In this document: one piece after another, positions 48,003-60,705 of the stretch
Layout: each line of letters begins with the position of its first letter
Position numbering within the stretch: the stretch's first letter is position 1
DNA from: Phyllosticta citribraziliensis
Taxonomy: Eukaryota
NCBI RefSeq assembly: GCF_038025025.1
Contig: NW_027117340.1
Span: forward strand, 2,294,001 to 2,358,000
Length of the DNA: 64,000 nucleotides
Reading direction: 5' to 3'
Made by a program: the position numbers and the translations under genes
The notes under the pieces: generated by a model
Told to the model about the DNA's origin: nothing
Databases searched by the model: none
Seen by the model: only the letters and a program-made list of their open reading frames with translations

Positions 48003-50027
48003 CTACGCAACATCCCAAGCAGCGACGCCACTGTAGCCCCTGATGCCATAGCGATCGCGCTCCCACATGTCTCTCGTCACGCCTCTGCCACTGCCCTCGG
48101 GCCCATCAAGCCATTTTGTGCCGGCGCACGCCAGCACCTTGTGGCCGGCGCCTGGGACGCCCAGCTCGACGCGCTCAATGTCGCACCACCAGAAGCGGCC
48201 ATCGTGCTCCATGGGCAGCCACTGCTTGTTCTGCCCGCCCCGGCCCTCGATGATGACAAAGTACATGAACTGCTTGCCTTCGCCGAGCGCCTCCGGGTCG
48301 TAGTGCGGACAGCGCTTCTCGAACTCGAAACGCACGACTGATGGACCGTTGGGGTCGTGGACTCGCACCTCTCTCTGCCACGGCTTGAAGGACACCACGT
48401 TCAATCCATAGTCGCCGGCGGCGCCATAGACTTGCGGGCCCGGCGGTGCCAGGATATATTCCTCCCACGGCACCGTCGCGCGCCCGTCTGTGCGGAAAAA
48501 GTAGCGCGAGTCCTCTGGGTAGTGCTTCATTCCGAACTCGTTGTTGTCCATGATGAAATAACTCGGGGTGAAGTGGCGCTTGTAGCTGCGCGAGGCCCCG
48601 TCGACGCTTCCCGCGCCCCAACACGCATCGATGAGCTTCCACTCGCCGCCGTCGATGCGGACGGCATTCCATGCGTGGCCGCATTGAAAGGACGGAACAG
48701 GGGAGCCAGGCGCCAGAGGAGCGTACCCAAAGCCCTTTCCATGGCCGCCAATGACGACACTTTCCAAGCCGACTTGTGCACCCAGAGCAGCAAAGAGGCC
48801 AGCGTATCCTTCGCAGACGGCTAGACCGCTTGCTATTGTGTTTGCCGGTGTCGATGGTTGGACACAGCCACCGAAGAAGGCGGCGCAATTGTAGTCAATG
48901 TTGTGGTGCAGCCAGGTGAAGATGGCGCGGGCTTTATCGGTGAGGGAAGGGAGAGGATCGCAAAGCTGGTGCGCCAGCCAGTTTAGGTCATGAGATGGAA
49001 TTGATTCGCGGGGGAACCGAGCAGCATGCGCGTCGACAGCGCGGAAATCGCGACATTTCAGACATGCCCCACTTTGGCCATTTGACCTGGGTTTGCTTGC
49101 TTGAATAGAGGCAAGATCTGGTCGGGATGAGAGGGGTATAGGAGGCGGTGCTCCACCATTGGGTTGGCTACGAGTGGAAGCAGGACGGCTTGTCGGGACA
49201 GCGGGGGGAGTTTCGGTGCTCTTGTTCAGGCCCCATTCGAGTGCAGAACGTCTTGGCTTTGTCTCTGATCCTGAACTTCGAGTTGAACTCGGCCTCGTCG
49301 GCAGTGCAGGTCTTGAAGGGAGACTGGGGGGCTGAGACGGGGTGGGTTGCAAGGCCGTCGAGCTCTTTTGCCTCGTCAGATACTTTGAGCGCACGGGGTC
49401 ATATCTTGCCAGCTCGGCGTCCTTCTCCTCTTGTGTCTTCTTTGGTGGCAAAGGAGGGAGTTTCGAGGGATCAAACGGCGGGGCCTTGACTCGACCCGGT
49501 TGCGCCTCTCCAAGTGATGTAGCCGTAGTGCCACTTGTATTTGTGTAACCCGAGCGCGCAGAACCCATGGACTGTGTAGAAGCTATTGTGGATATGGATT
49601 CCTGGGAATCTTTCCTCAAGACGCTCTGACTCGAGGTTTTCCGTGGCGGAAGGCTTGGGGGAGGTGGCTGACGGGGAGTGTTCGTTCGCGAGGGTAGTCT
49701 TGGAGGGAGGGATGGTTTGGCAGAGTTTCCATTCAACGCCGGCGGCGGCAATACCGTCCTATGACCGCCATTATCTGCTGGCTGGTTGCCTACACCTCGT
49801 GCAGTTGTCGGCGCATAGTTCTGGACCGGAGGTACGTTGGCCGTCTGAGAGCGTTCGGCGAGACGCGGAGGCGGGGCTGACGGCGGCGGAGGGGGAGGTT
49901 TCTTCTTGGTGTTCGTCGCAGCGTTTCCATGGGACGGAGGAACACTCCCGCCCTGCACTTGCTGAAGGTTAAGCGCGGCTATACGAGCCTTCAGGCTCAG
50001 CGAGGGAGCAGACGCTTCTTCGGCCAT
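48003..50027 (-). CDS. Transglutaminase-like (kyphoscoliosis peptidase/Cyk3-type) protease with Pro-rich N-terminus
   Basis: KARAIFTWLHHNIDY and catalytic triad AVCEGYA / HAWNAV / IDACWG. First ATG gives MAEEASAPSLSLKARIAAL. Confidence 0.9.
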   Translation of the reverse strand: MAEEASAPSLSLKARIAALNLQQVQGGSVPPSHGNAATNTKKKPPPPPPSAPPPRLAERSQTANVPPVQNYAPTTARGVGNQPADNGGHRTVLPPPALNGNSAKPSLPPRLPSRTNTPRQPPPPSLPPRKTSSQSVLRKDSQESISTIASTQSMGSARSGYTNTSGTTATSLGEAQPGRVKAPPFDPSKLPPLPPKKTQEEKDAELARYDPVRSKYLTRQKSSTALQPTPSQPPSLPSRPALPTRPSSTRSSGSETKPRRSALEWGLNKSTETPPAVPTSRPASTRSQPNGGAPPPIPLSSRPDLASIQASKPRSNGQSGACLKCRDFRAVDAHAARFPRESIPSHDLNWLAHQLCDPLPSLTDKARAIFTWLHHNIDYNCAAFFGGCVQPSTPANTIASGLAVCEGYAGLFAALGAQVGLESVVIGGHGKGFGYAPLAPGSPVPSFQCGHAWNAVRIDGGEWKLIDACWGAGSVDGASRSYKRHFTPSYFIMDNNEFGMKHYPEDSRYFFRTDGRATVPWEEYILAPPGPQVYGAAGDYGLNVVSFKPWQREVRVHDPNGPSVVRFEFEKRCPHYDPEALGEGKQFMYFVIIEGRGGQNKQWLPMEHDGRFWWCDIERVELGVPGAGHKVLACAGTKWLDGPEGSGRGVTRDMWERDRYGIRGYSGVAAWDVA

Positions 50028-51507
50028 GAGTGGCAAGGTGGGTCGAGCAGCGGGCCGTTGCGGTTGGTCGGACAAGAGGCGCGGGGCAGCGAGGATCAAG
50101 GAGTAAAGTTAAAACGAGTCGTGGGACCTTGAAACTCGCAAGAGAAGCAACCAGTTGAAAAGAATGGGGGGCATGCAAAAGGAAATAAGACTGACGGACG
50201 GCGGGAAGCAGTCAGAGGTCCAGTCTAGGTCGTGATGCGGCTCGAGACACGGATTGGCTAGACGAGACCCTGTTTGCCATGCCTGCCAAATTTAGCACAG
50301 GATGGATACATAAATTCCGCGGATGGATTCCAGGCACTTGGGGGCGGATCATGCGATGTGCTGTGCTCTCAGACCATGAATGCGAGTTTGATGGGGTAGG
50401 AAGGTTACCGCGACGCAGGCTGGGCGAGTCGCATGTGCCATCGTTGTATGCATCATCGAGCGCCCTTCGTTGAGATGAGGCTTTCACCACTTGACGAGCA
50501 CCACTGCGCAACTCATACAATTTGACCTTCAAAAACTTCCATGAGTAACAGTCAATCTAGTGCCAGGATGAAGAACCACCGCCACGACAAGACATGCAAC
50601 CCGCTTTGCAACCCGCCAAATGACCGTCTTGGAATTACCCGTCCCCATCGATCCCACCATCACGAATTTGTTGTAGGCTTCCTCTTTTTCTCTTTTTTTT
50701 CGGAATTTTCTGTTCTTTGCTAGACCTCAAGACCGCGGTAGCTATCTCCAATTCCCAACACCCCAGAGCCTGTCGCCGTTTTGAACCAACACATAGAGCA
50801 CGAAGGAGACATTGGGAAAGGAGGAAAATAGAGTGACATGTTGGAGAGAGAAAAGAGAAACAAAAGACCTCTGCGTCTTCCACCGGATCATCTTGCCCTC
50901 CCATGTCGCGTCATGTCGCCATTGCGTTCTTTCATCTTTTGCTTCGGCTCAACATCCACCAGAGAAAAAAGCCTTGTATGAAAAACAGCGAAACCAAGCG
51001 AGTCCACCCGCTCCTTGGACCCTTGGACCCTCGCCAAAAGGCGCGCTCGATTTCTTTTGCTCGATTTCTTTTCGGAAGGTTATCTCGTCTCCTCGTGCAC
51101 AAGTCCAACGAACTTTTTGAGTAATGTAAGGATCGTCGGTGAAGAAAGAAGCCGATGCGCAGGTTTTCCTTATCCAACGGTGGTTTCGAGAGCCACCTTG
51201 CAGCTGCCCCCAGCAAATGCCTCCTCTTGCTATTGTTTGAACAATGTTTTGAAACGTGAAACCAAGTATTGACACGAAACGCCACAAAAACACCACCGCG
51301 TTAACGGTCCGAGCCGGCCCAAAAGTGGCCGGCGACGGCTTCAACGATTGACTTCTAGGAAACAAATGCAAGGCGGAGACGTGTAAGGATCGGATCGTCG
51401 CGGACAAAGACTGAAAACCACCAAGAAAAGAGATCAACCGCTAAACCTCCAACGCCAGCGCCAGGTGACAAGGAAAATCGCATACCGACATGGGCAAGCA
51501 TTGAGGT

Positions 51508-53567
51508 TTACCTCTTGCGCTTCTTCGTCTTGTCGGCCATAGATGCAACAGAAGTGAAGCTGCCGGCAGTCGGGACAGGACCGTTGACTGCCTCGAAGAA
51601 TGGCGGAGGCTCCGGGACGGACGACTTCTTGATGGGAACACCCATGTGACGGCCATATCGGCCCTTCCTCCCATTGCCCTCGTCCTCACTGAGGCATCCA
51701 TCGACGCCAATGCCGGCATCCTTGCAGCGTTGGCAGGGACGCTGACGGTCGCAGCCTTTCTTGCTCTTCCTGCAGCGCTGGCATCGGGGCTTAGACGAAA
51801 GGTCCTCCTCATCGGCAGCGAACTGTTGCACGTTGAGGGAGGCGCTTGACGTCTTGCGAGACGCCGGAGGCAGCGAGGTAGGGGAGATAGGCGGCTTCGC
51901 GACCTGGGGCGTCTTCGCCTTACTCTTATGGTTGTGAGGACGAGGCTTTGAAGGCTTCGCCGAAACCTTGGCAACGAGCCCAGGGCGCGGCTTCTTCAGG
52001 AGCTTGGGTTTGCCAACGCCGTTATCTTCAGGCACAATGTCATCGCTATCGCCCTTGAAAGATCCATCCTTGTTGTCCTCGTACTCGTCGCAGCTGTCTT
52101 CACCGCTCTCAAAGCTGCGGGGGAGCTCAGTGTCGTGCAGGCGTGCCGCGGACGGCAAGGCACCCGTGTGGTGGGGCAGCTCGTCTTCTTCGCTGCCTTC
52201 ATCGCTAGCCTCATCGGACGAAGCGGCCTCAGCACGGCCGCTCAGAGCATCGTCAATGGTGGAAGTCGAGTTGCGACCGTGCGAAGAGAAGTTGGAGGCG
52301 TCGCCAAGACGCATGAGCTGGAGAGCGACATCTTCGTCAGAGATGACGCTGCCCCCGATGGTTGGGTCGGGCGTGGGCAAGACACCACCCGTCGAGTTTC
52401 GCGGGAGGCACTGTCCGGTGCCACGTGTACGCAGCCGATGTCCGTGCGGCTGCGCACTGGAAGTGGTGTATGGAGTTCCCATTTGGTACCCCTGCATGTA
52501 CGAAACATCCCCATGGCTCTGCGGCGACGGAAGCGGGTTGGTGTATGAGAATGTCTGCTGGTTCGAGTACGAAAAAGGAGAGGCGTCATTGATGCTGCTG
52601 ATGCGTCTCTGAGGCGAGACAGAAGACATGGACGTCGTCATAGGCACCTGCGGCGGCGCGAACAAGGGCAGTTCCTGAGCGGGAAGCACTCATTAGCCTC
52701 CTATTGTCCTCAGACGCAGTCGCCATCAAGACTTACCGAACTGTCAAACTTGGCTCGCTTCCGTCGGCCACCCTCGACTATATTGTCGAGGCTGATGTCC
52801 GCACTCGCAACATTCTCACGGCGGGAGCTCGTGACGGAGCCTGCCTCACTGTCGCTGTAGTCGCCGTTGAGGTCGGCCAAACTGCTGTGAGAGCTAGTCG
52901 CCCGAATCTTGAGACCTTGCCGGGAGCGAGACTTGGGGTTCGTGCTACGAGAGAGGCTGCGCCGCCCACGGTGGTCGTCAGGGGACAAGCTGCGGTTTCT
53001 GGCAGTCCGCGACGGAGGTCTAGAGAACTGCCCTGGAGGAGGCATGTTGAAGGGTTCCTCCAGCCTGCCCTTCCTCGGAGACATGGAGTGACGAGGAGTA
53101 TGACTGTACTCGTCGACCTCTTGGGGAATCCTCCGAACGTAGACTGTCATGTTGTGGTAGAAATTCTCGTACCGAGCAATCAGCGTATTGCCATCTTTAT
53201 CTTCAAAGCTGACGCCGTAGCCTTGACCGTCATAGATGCCATGGAAGTTTTTGACGGTCGCAACAATGGACTCAGTAGTGTCATGAGGCCAAATGTTGAC
53301 CCTCATCGGCAGCCGCGCACGATGCTGCGGTGATTCTTGCAGCAGCAATTCGAAGCTGACGTGCTTGGGTGGCTGCGCCAGAGGCATAGCAGCAGGGCCA
53401 GCGTCAGCGACGGCATAGCTCTGGTAGATCGAGCCCATGACGTATCCGTTATCGCCTGCGAACACCCCTGTGTTGTGTAGTTGTTGCGATGATGGCTGGG
53501 CAGCGATAGGCGACTCGTTTCGTGTGGTCCGCTGGGTAGAGTCGGTGAGCAGGTTGGAAACTTCCAT
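51508..53567 (-). CDS. Zn(II)2Cys6 transcription factor with C-terminal zinc cluster
   Basis: CQRCRKSKKGCDRQRPCQRCKDAGIGVDGC. One intron (about 52736-52675) joins AKFDSS to ELPLFAPPQ; first in-frame ATG gives MEVSNLL. Confidence 0.88.
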
Positions 53568-54169
53568 ACCAACGACTTCAAGCGATGAGACGAGCACAAA
53601 GTCGTCCCTTGTGGTCGCCGTAGATCAAATATGAGTCGGAATCGCTCGGGCGGACGCAACTCTCACCGATCCTGCCGGTGTCGCGAGAGGAAGAGGGGGT
53701 CGTGGGTTGGGTGGAGAAAGGAGGAGGGCAATAGCCTAAACCCACGAAACCTGTTAGCAAACGGCATGAAAAGCGTTTAATGGCCATGGCCGCTGATGCT
53801 GATGGCATGAATGAGATGTTGACAGTCGTGGCTGTCTCGCAGGCCGTCGCTCGGGGGTATCCAAGGGCGGTTCAGCAGCTCAGCGACAGCACCCACCGAT
53901 CCTGGGGAGAGGATCTGGGGTGAATCTCGCACATAGCCACGGTCGCATAGGGAGTATAGAAGTAATGACATACCCTTGAGTGTGGGATGGAGCGTTGGAG
54001 TTGAGGTAGAAGGCTTTCCGCGAAGGGCCGCCGGGCGTCTGGCACACCGATTCTGTGAGTTCACGATCGAGGAGGAGGGCCGGTGTCTGGCGTCCAAAGA
54101 TGATTTGCTGCGTCGGCTGGCAAAGTACGATGGATTCCGGAGACGTACCGTGCAAGACTGGGTAGATGA

Positions 54170-54225
54170 AGAGAGAAGCGTGGGTGGGACACAGGTTGGT
54201 GGAGAGAGAAGCGTGGGTGGAACAC
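54170..54225. repeat. 23-bp direct repeat, 33-bp period
   Basis: AGAGAGAAGCGTGGGTGGRACAC at 54170 and 54203. Confidence 0.9.
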
Positions 54226-56494
54226 TGCGACTCTAGTAGGCGAGTCTGGTTTCCGGCCCGCCTGATGCTTTGCTTCAACCCATCCATGTGGCGCCCAACA
54301 CACACGCCGATCCGAGGGACATGGCCTCAGATGAGCAAGACCACTGGATGCATTTATGGACGTTTAATAACTCCTCAATTGCTAACTGCAGGTTGTTTGG
54401 TGGTAGCATGCGGCACTTGTCGAGGTCCGCCGCCCAGCCAGCGCCCAGAGAGCCGATAGACGGTCGCCAGCCATGACGACGCTCTACAGATCTAATTTCA
54501 CTGTACAAAGAATCGCAAATGTATATAGCTGCTTGATCGAATCACTTTGCACAGGTAGCAGCGGGCGACATGGCAGCGCATGCGCCTTTTGAGGGGTCAT
54601 GTCCAGGGCCGAGGGGGCTTGTATCGTGACGACAGATGCAGTCGGAATCAGCTTCGCGCCGGTCGATCCAAGGCGGCTGGAGATGAGAGGTCCTCGAGAG
54701 AACCCGGAGCCAGGCACTTGAGGGAAGGTGACAGGCACAAAGCCCCGTTACAGGGCTATTATCAGCACAGCGCGAGCTCTCACAGTACAAGCCAAACTTC
54801 CCGACTTGCGCTGCAGAGCGGGCCAATCCGCAATAAGGCCGCAAAGGCAATGCATGCCGCATGCCAGTCAAGCTAGGAGTAGGTCGCTGCGAGAGACGCA
54901 GGCCGGGGGACCAGTAAATACTGTTGTTGGCCGACCAATGAAAGCCTTTGCCGCGGGGATCGCACAATCTCTCGCAGCTCCCCCATCGCATTGCGCAGCT
55001 CCAGACACCCATATCCCATCATGAAGCAGTATTCATCATGGTCGCGGGTGCGCGACAAGAGCATTCGAGGGAATATGATGGACCGCCAACGCAGCGCTGC
55101 GTCTTCAAGGCGGTTTTCGATGGGGCATCAGGGCTGAAGCTCCACAGAACGATGGCAGCGGCACCGTCGCATCATGGAGGGAGCCTCCCAGAGAGCCGCC
55201 ACCAGAGCGCACATGGCAGCAGAGGGCTACAAAAGGGCCAAAGAGCAACAGCGCAAGTGTCCGTACGAGTTGACGCTTTGGCTGCGGTCGCGATGGACTA
55301 GGCCCAGGCATGGATAGGCGGGCGCAGACCTGAGGCTCCGCAATTGCGCCGGAGGGGGACAGGCCACGATGATGCGACTGATGAGTGCGGCATATTCCCC
55401 ACAGTCGACACCGGTGGCCAGCTTTCTGCACAAAGACAAGCGAGGGGTTGCATTGTTGCAGGTTGGAGGGTCAATGACGAGTCGCGCGCAGTCGGCGGCT
55501 GTAAACGGCCATGCAGTCGCTAGGAGCGGCGTCACGAAGGTCGGACAGCACAAGGAGCGCGCGCGTGCGATGAGAGTGTACCATGAAGGTTAAACGGCCA
55601 GCGCCTCGAAAGTGAATGGCGGTCGGCGTGGCAGCGTTTTGTGGGCAGGCAGGCGCAAAGCGCAACAATGGAGGACAGCGGGCGGGCGATTGACTTCCTT
55701 GATAGGCTGTGGGGCGGCAGTGCTGGCAAAACGCAAGCCATGACGGGGCGGTCCATCATGGTGTCAGTGCCCTAGGCAAGTGCGCAAGTGGCCAAAAAGC
55801 GACGAGGGCGGATTTGAGTCGAAGACAAAAGGCTGATGGAAGAGTGGCGGAGTGTCAACCAAGGCCACAGCGCCGTCACGTTACTACGCGCCCCGGGAGC
55901 GACCGATCGCGTGGAGCCGCCCGAGACCCGAGCGCATCATGGACGGGGCCCGCAGCGGGACCGGGGCTGGCGCGGGCGGGTCGAGGATAAGGCTGAGGAT
56001 GGGTGGCAGAGTAGCGATCGGATTGACAGCGTTGCAGCGGGCGGCAGGCCAAGTTGGTTGGTAATGGAGTCGAATTGCAGAAAGGATGGCGGTAGAGTTG
56101 ACGCGACGAGGCGGGGATGACGACAGAGGCTAGCCCGGCAGCATCCCGGCAGCCCACCCCAGGCCGTCGTCCAACCCACGGGACCAACCGCCGCAAGTTC
56201 CCGCCAGTGGAGGCCAGGGAGGCCAGGGAGGCCGGCTTGCCGACCTGACGGGACAGACGGTGGGTGCAGCGCGACAGGGCCAGTTTGCGGATGCGCTGAA
56301 TGGCATGCGCTGTCCCGGTCTGGTGTTGAGGATGCACCGGCAGTAGTCAAACAAATTGGCAGACCGCCGCCGCGAGATGCCCTGCTGTCCAGTGGGCGCT
56401 CAGGTCGTTTCAGGCACGAGAAGGGCAGGCGGCCAAGAGTCGGTAGGGCAGCCACGGCCGCGCTTACCCTGCTCGGCTAGCGAGGCCGGGTCTG

Positions 56495-56539
56495 TGTTTA
56501 CTTTACAGCCGTGTTGACCTCTCTAAGCAGAGGTAAACA
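56495..56539. promoter_or_regulatory. Cluster of three forkhead-type sites upstream of the cyclin gene
   Basis: TGTTTAC (56495), TGTTGAC (56512) and GTAAACA (56533) within 45 bp. Confidence 0.6.
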
Positions 56540-56854
56540 GTCGCTCGTTGATGCCAAGCGGCTACCACCTTTCTTTCCATTCCCCTCGCACGCTCAGCTC
56601 CATTCTTCTCCGAGCACCGCTTATCCACGCTTCTCTTACGGATAGCTATACGTGCTTCACCGTCTCCCACCCCCGCGCCGTCTTGCCGACCGTCGCGACA
56701 AGACCGACGCGCGCCGCCGTTGTTCCCACGTTGTTGTTGTCGTCTTCCCGTCTCGTCTGTTGTCCTCCGCAGTCATCTCCGGAGAACGCTGTCCGTCTGT
56801 TTATCCTCCCAACACAGACGTGACTCCAGACGACATATTCCATTTGCGCTCATC

Positions 56855-59110
56855 ATGGACGCCAAGGTGCGTTGCTCCAGCACCCGCCCACCCACTGCCC
56901 AACCGCTCGCGTCCATCCACATTCAACTCTCTTTTTACCATCCGCAGATCCTGGCCTCTGCGCACTCCATCCTCCATTCCCAATTTCTCCTTCATCATCT
57001 TCGCGCTGATTGACCCCGCTAATCATGTCCGATGACCAGCCTCAGCGACCTTTGCGGTCTCTTCGCATACACAATGAGAACAACGTCCCGGCCGCCGTCC
57101 CCTCCAAGACACTTCACCAACGCAACAAGTCCACCCCGGCCTTGTCGTCCGTTGCGCAGACGGGTGGCATCAAGGCTGCTGCAAAGCGCACTGCTTTCGC
57201 AGATGTCAGCAACACGGCTCGCAGCAGCAAGCTGGTGAAAGACGACTTGGTCGCGCCCGGTAAACAAACCAATGGCAAGAAGGATTCGGGCCTGCCCACC
57301 GTCCAAGAGTCATCCTCGAGGTCCTCTGCCATTCTTCGTCCTGCTCAGCGACCCGTCAGCTCCATAACGCACAAGTCAAGCGCTCCGGAAACGGTATCGT
57401 CCACCCTTCCAAAACACGCAGAGCACAGCCAACCAAAGAAGCTTGGCTCGAAGCGCAACACTGCAGTCTTCAAGGAGGTCGTTCACCATGATGCACCTGA
57501 CCAGGACGACGTTGAAGAAGACTCCAACGTTGCGCTGCACCACCAGGCCCATCCTACGCGCCGTGAGAGAAGCAACACTGCCCCTCAGCTGTCGCCGCCT
57601 TCGGTGAAGCTCCCCAAAGTCACCAGTGCCTCTGAGGACGCCATCGAAGACCAGATTGCCCGAATTGCCCGCGAAGAGTCAGTCACCAGCATTGAAACAG
57701 CTGTTGCACCTGAGGAATGCCAAAACTATGTCACCTACGAAGACGAGAGCCCGGTACAAGAGGATGAGCCTGTTTCTCCTAGCTTGCAAGAAGATGACGA
57801 GGCCCTTGAAAATCAACAACTCGAGCACGACGAGCTGGAAGAGGCTACGGAAAAGGCTGGCAAGGCTTTGTTGACCGCTGAAGACAAATACGAGGAGCAC
57901 TGGGAGGAAGAAGAGGAAGAATACTATGACGCTGACGGCTACACCACGACGCGCTCTCTGAGGCCAAGGACGGACAACACCACTGGAGGAGCTACCATCG
58001 TCCTGGCGCCCAGGGTCACCGCTCGCACTCGCCGACGGCTGGAGGAGTGTAAGAAGATGGCTCTGAAGCACAAGACACAGGAAGACTACGAGGACGAGCA
58101 CTGGGACACGTCAATGGTGGCTGAATACGGAGACGAAATTTTCGAGTACATGAGGTCCCTCGAGGTAAGTCATTCACTTGGTACTGGTGCATTTGCATGC
58201 TCACTCATAATGCAGGAGAGGATGAAGCCGAATCCATTCTACATGGACAACCAAGCTGAAATCCAGTGGTCTATGCGTTCGGTCCTGATGGACTGGCTTG
58301 TCCAGGTCCACCACAGGTTCACACTCCTTCCAGAGACCCTCTTTCTTGCTGTCAATTACGTCGATCGTTTCTTGTCCTGCAAAGTTGTCTCGCTTGGCAA
58401 GCTACAGCTTGTCGGCGCGACTGCCATCTTCGTCGCTGCCAAGTACGAGGAAATCAACTGTCCTTCGGTTTCCGAAATTGTGTACATGGTTGACGGTGGA
58501 TACACCGTTGACGAGATCCTCAAGGCTGAGCGCTTCATGCTCAGCATGCTCCAGTTCGAGCTCGGCTGGCCTGGTCCAATGAGCTTCCTCCGCAGAATCA
58601 GCAAAGCTGACGACTACGACTTGGAGACACGTACCCTGGCCAAGTACTTCCTTGAGATTACCATCATGGATGAACGCTTTGTTGGATGCCCTCCCAGCTT
58701 CACGGCTGCTGGCGCTCATTGTCTTGCCCGTATGATGTTGAAAAAGGGAGCCATTTGCAAGGGCGAGTGGGTAAGTGAATCTGAGACACGGCACGCCACA
58801 TCATTCTTGTACTGACTCTAAATAGGGCCCATGCCATGTGCACTACTCTGGCTACACTTACGATCAAATCCGTCCCCTCATCGGAGTCATCCTGGAATGC
58901 AGCGAGCAGCCCCAGAAGCATCATGCGGCCGTTTACGAAAAGTACTCTGACAAGCGTTTCAAGCGTGCGTCCTTGTTTGTCGAACAAGAAATCCGCAAGG
59001 GATTCACCATTCCCGACATTGCCCCTCGGGATGACTACGAAAAGAAGTACGGACCTCTTAACACTTGCCACCCGCCACCCAACATCTTGCGCTACGCCAA
59101 GAAGGATTGA
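56855..59110 (+). CDS. B-type cyclin (Clb3/Clb4-like)
   Basis: Micro-exon MDAK, intron 56867-57039, then PQRPLR...; D-box-like RTAFADVSN; cyclin box MRSVLMDWLVQVH, ETLFLAVNYVDRFLS, AKYEEI. Two further introns. Confidence 0.94.
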
Positions 59111-60705
59111 ACCGGGCAGGTCTGCGGTTCTTTTGTGGCATACACGTCTGCCTTTTGATGCGAGCCACGGGAATCTCACGGTGTGCAACAATTTTCAAAA
59201 AAAAAAAGTAAGCGTGGCTTGCTGCACACTTCACCTGCAATGTTCACCCCCTGATCACAACTAACGACCGTTCCCCCTGTTTCCAAGCCTTTGAACTTCA
59301 CCATCATTTGTATTTTGGAGTTTGCCTTTTCTTTTGCGGTTGGGATCAAGTTGATGACATGTCTTTCTTTCCTTTTAGGCTCAATGGTCCCTTGAGACAA
59401 AAGCCTGAGTTGATACCCCCAATAAACACGGACTAGTGGCTCCCTTGGCTCAGAAGGATCATATGATCAGCGAATTCGGCAGGCCTGCGATTGCTTTCTG
59501 CTTGGTCAAGGCGGTGGCTTGCTACAAAACCCAGTTGAACCTTGGGCAGGGGCTCTATTTGGACGAGTCGGCAACACTCAGATTTTGCTCGTCCTTGAGA
59601 AGGCTGACAGCTCTTCTCTCTTGCGAGAAGTGATACCCAACCTTTACCTTTTTGGACAGGCTGGCCGCGGTTCGACGTTTCGACAATTTGTCGGGCTTGT
59701 TTTTCCTTCACCTTTCATTTTTGTGGTTCCGATTGCATTTCAGCTCCCTGGACGTTTTTTCTCATGGATTCGATGCACACAACCCCTTAACAAGATACAA
59801 AGATAACGACGGTATGAGGCGACGATACACGTAATCATCCAGCACAACTTTCCCCCTATTCCCCCGCTTCCCCACGTCAACAATTCCCCTTTCTTGTTCT
59901 TTTGAGCCGAGGTTGCCTTCTTTTCGATTGTTGCAGCGTTTGCACTTGGACGGATGCTTGTGCTTCCGCCGATTCTGGAGGGTTGGACGAACAGGGTTCG
60001 GGTGCGGGCGCTAATGGAGCATTGAGAAGGGCATGGCATTGGACCTGGCAATGACTGGCTGGATCAAAAAAGACTGGTGAAGCCGGTGCGGGTAGTCTAG
60101 ACGTTCCAGCATGAGGGTCCAATAAACTCTTTCTTCTTTTATCCCATCTCCACGCCAGCTTGTGCTCAGGTTGATTCTGGTGGTGACGGCAACATGAGTC
60201 CGATTGGAGTCACATCTTCGTCGCCATGGCAACGGTGAGGGGTCGCGAACTGGTTGCGGAGAATGACGCTTTGGGGTGCTGAGTAAAAGAGTGAGACTGA
60301 GCAAAAAAGTTGCTTTGGAATGCTTTTGAATTTTTTTCATTGGCGCTGGCAATCCCACGCACGATAAGGGCGCGCTCGGCGCCTTTGCTAGTTGCTAAAC
60401 GGAGTTGCGTGGCCGCAGACAGGCAAGCCACATTGGGCGTCATGGTATGGCATCCAGCCTTGCCCAGCCAAAATTCTTCTGGTTCTACCCAGACGGCATC
60501 TTATCCGAGCTGTTCGTTCGCGCCGAGAGGTATGCCAGACGCTTGTTCAGTCGCAGACGAGCCTTTCCCCCCAATCCATGCTGCCTTTCGTTTTCCCCCA
60601 GCATCCTGCCCGCCTAGTCCAGTTTTTGAGACTCCTCACATTTTAGCATCGCCCTTGTGCGGCTCGCCACTCCGCGCGTCCGTCCGTCATCGGTGCGTTT
60701 GAGCA

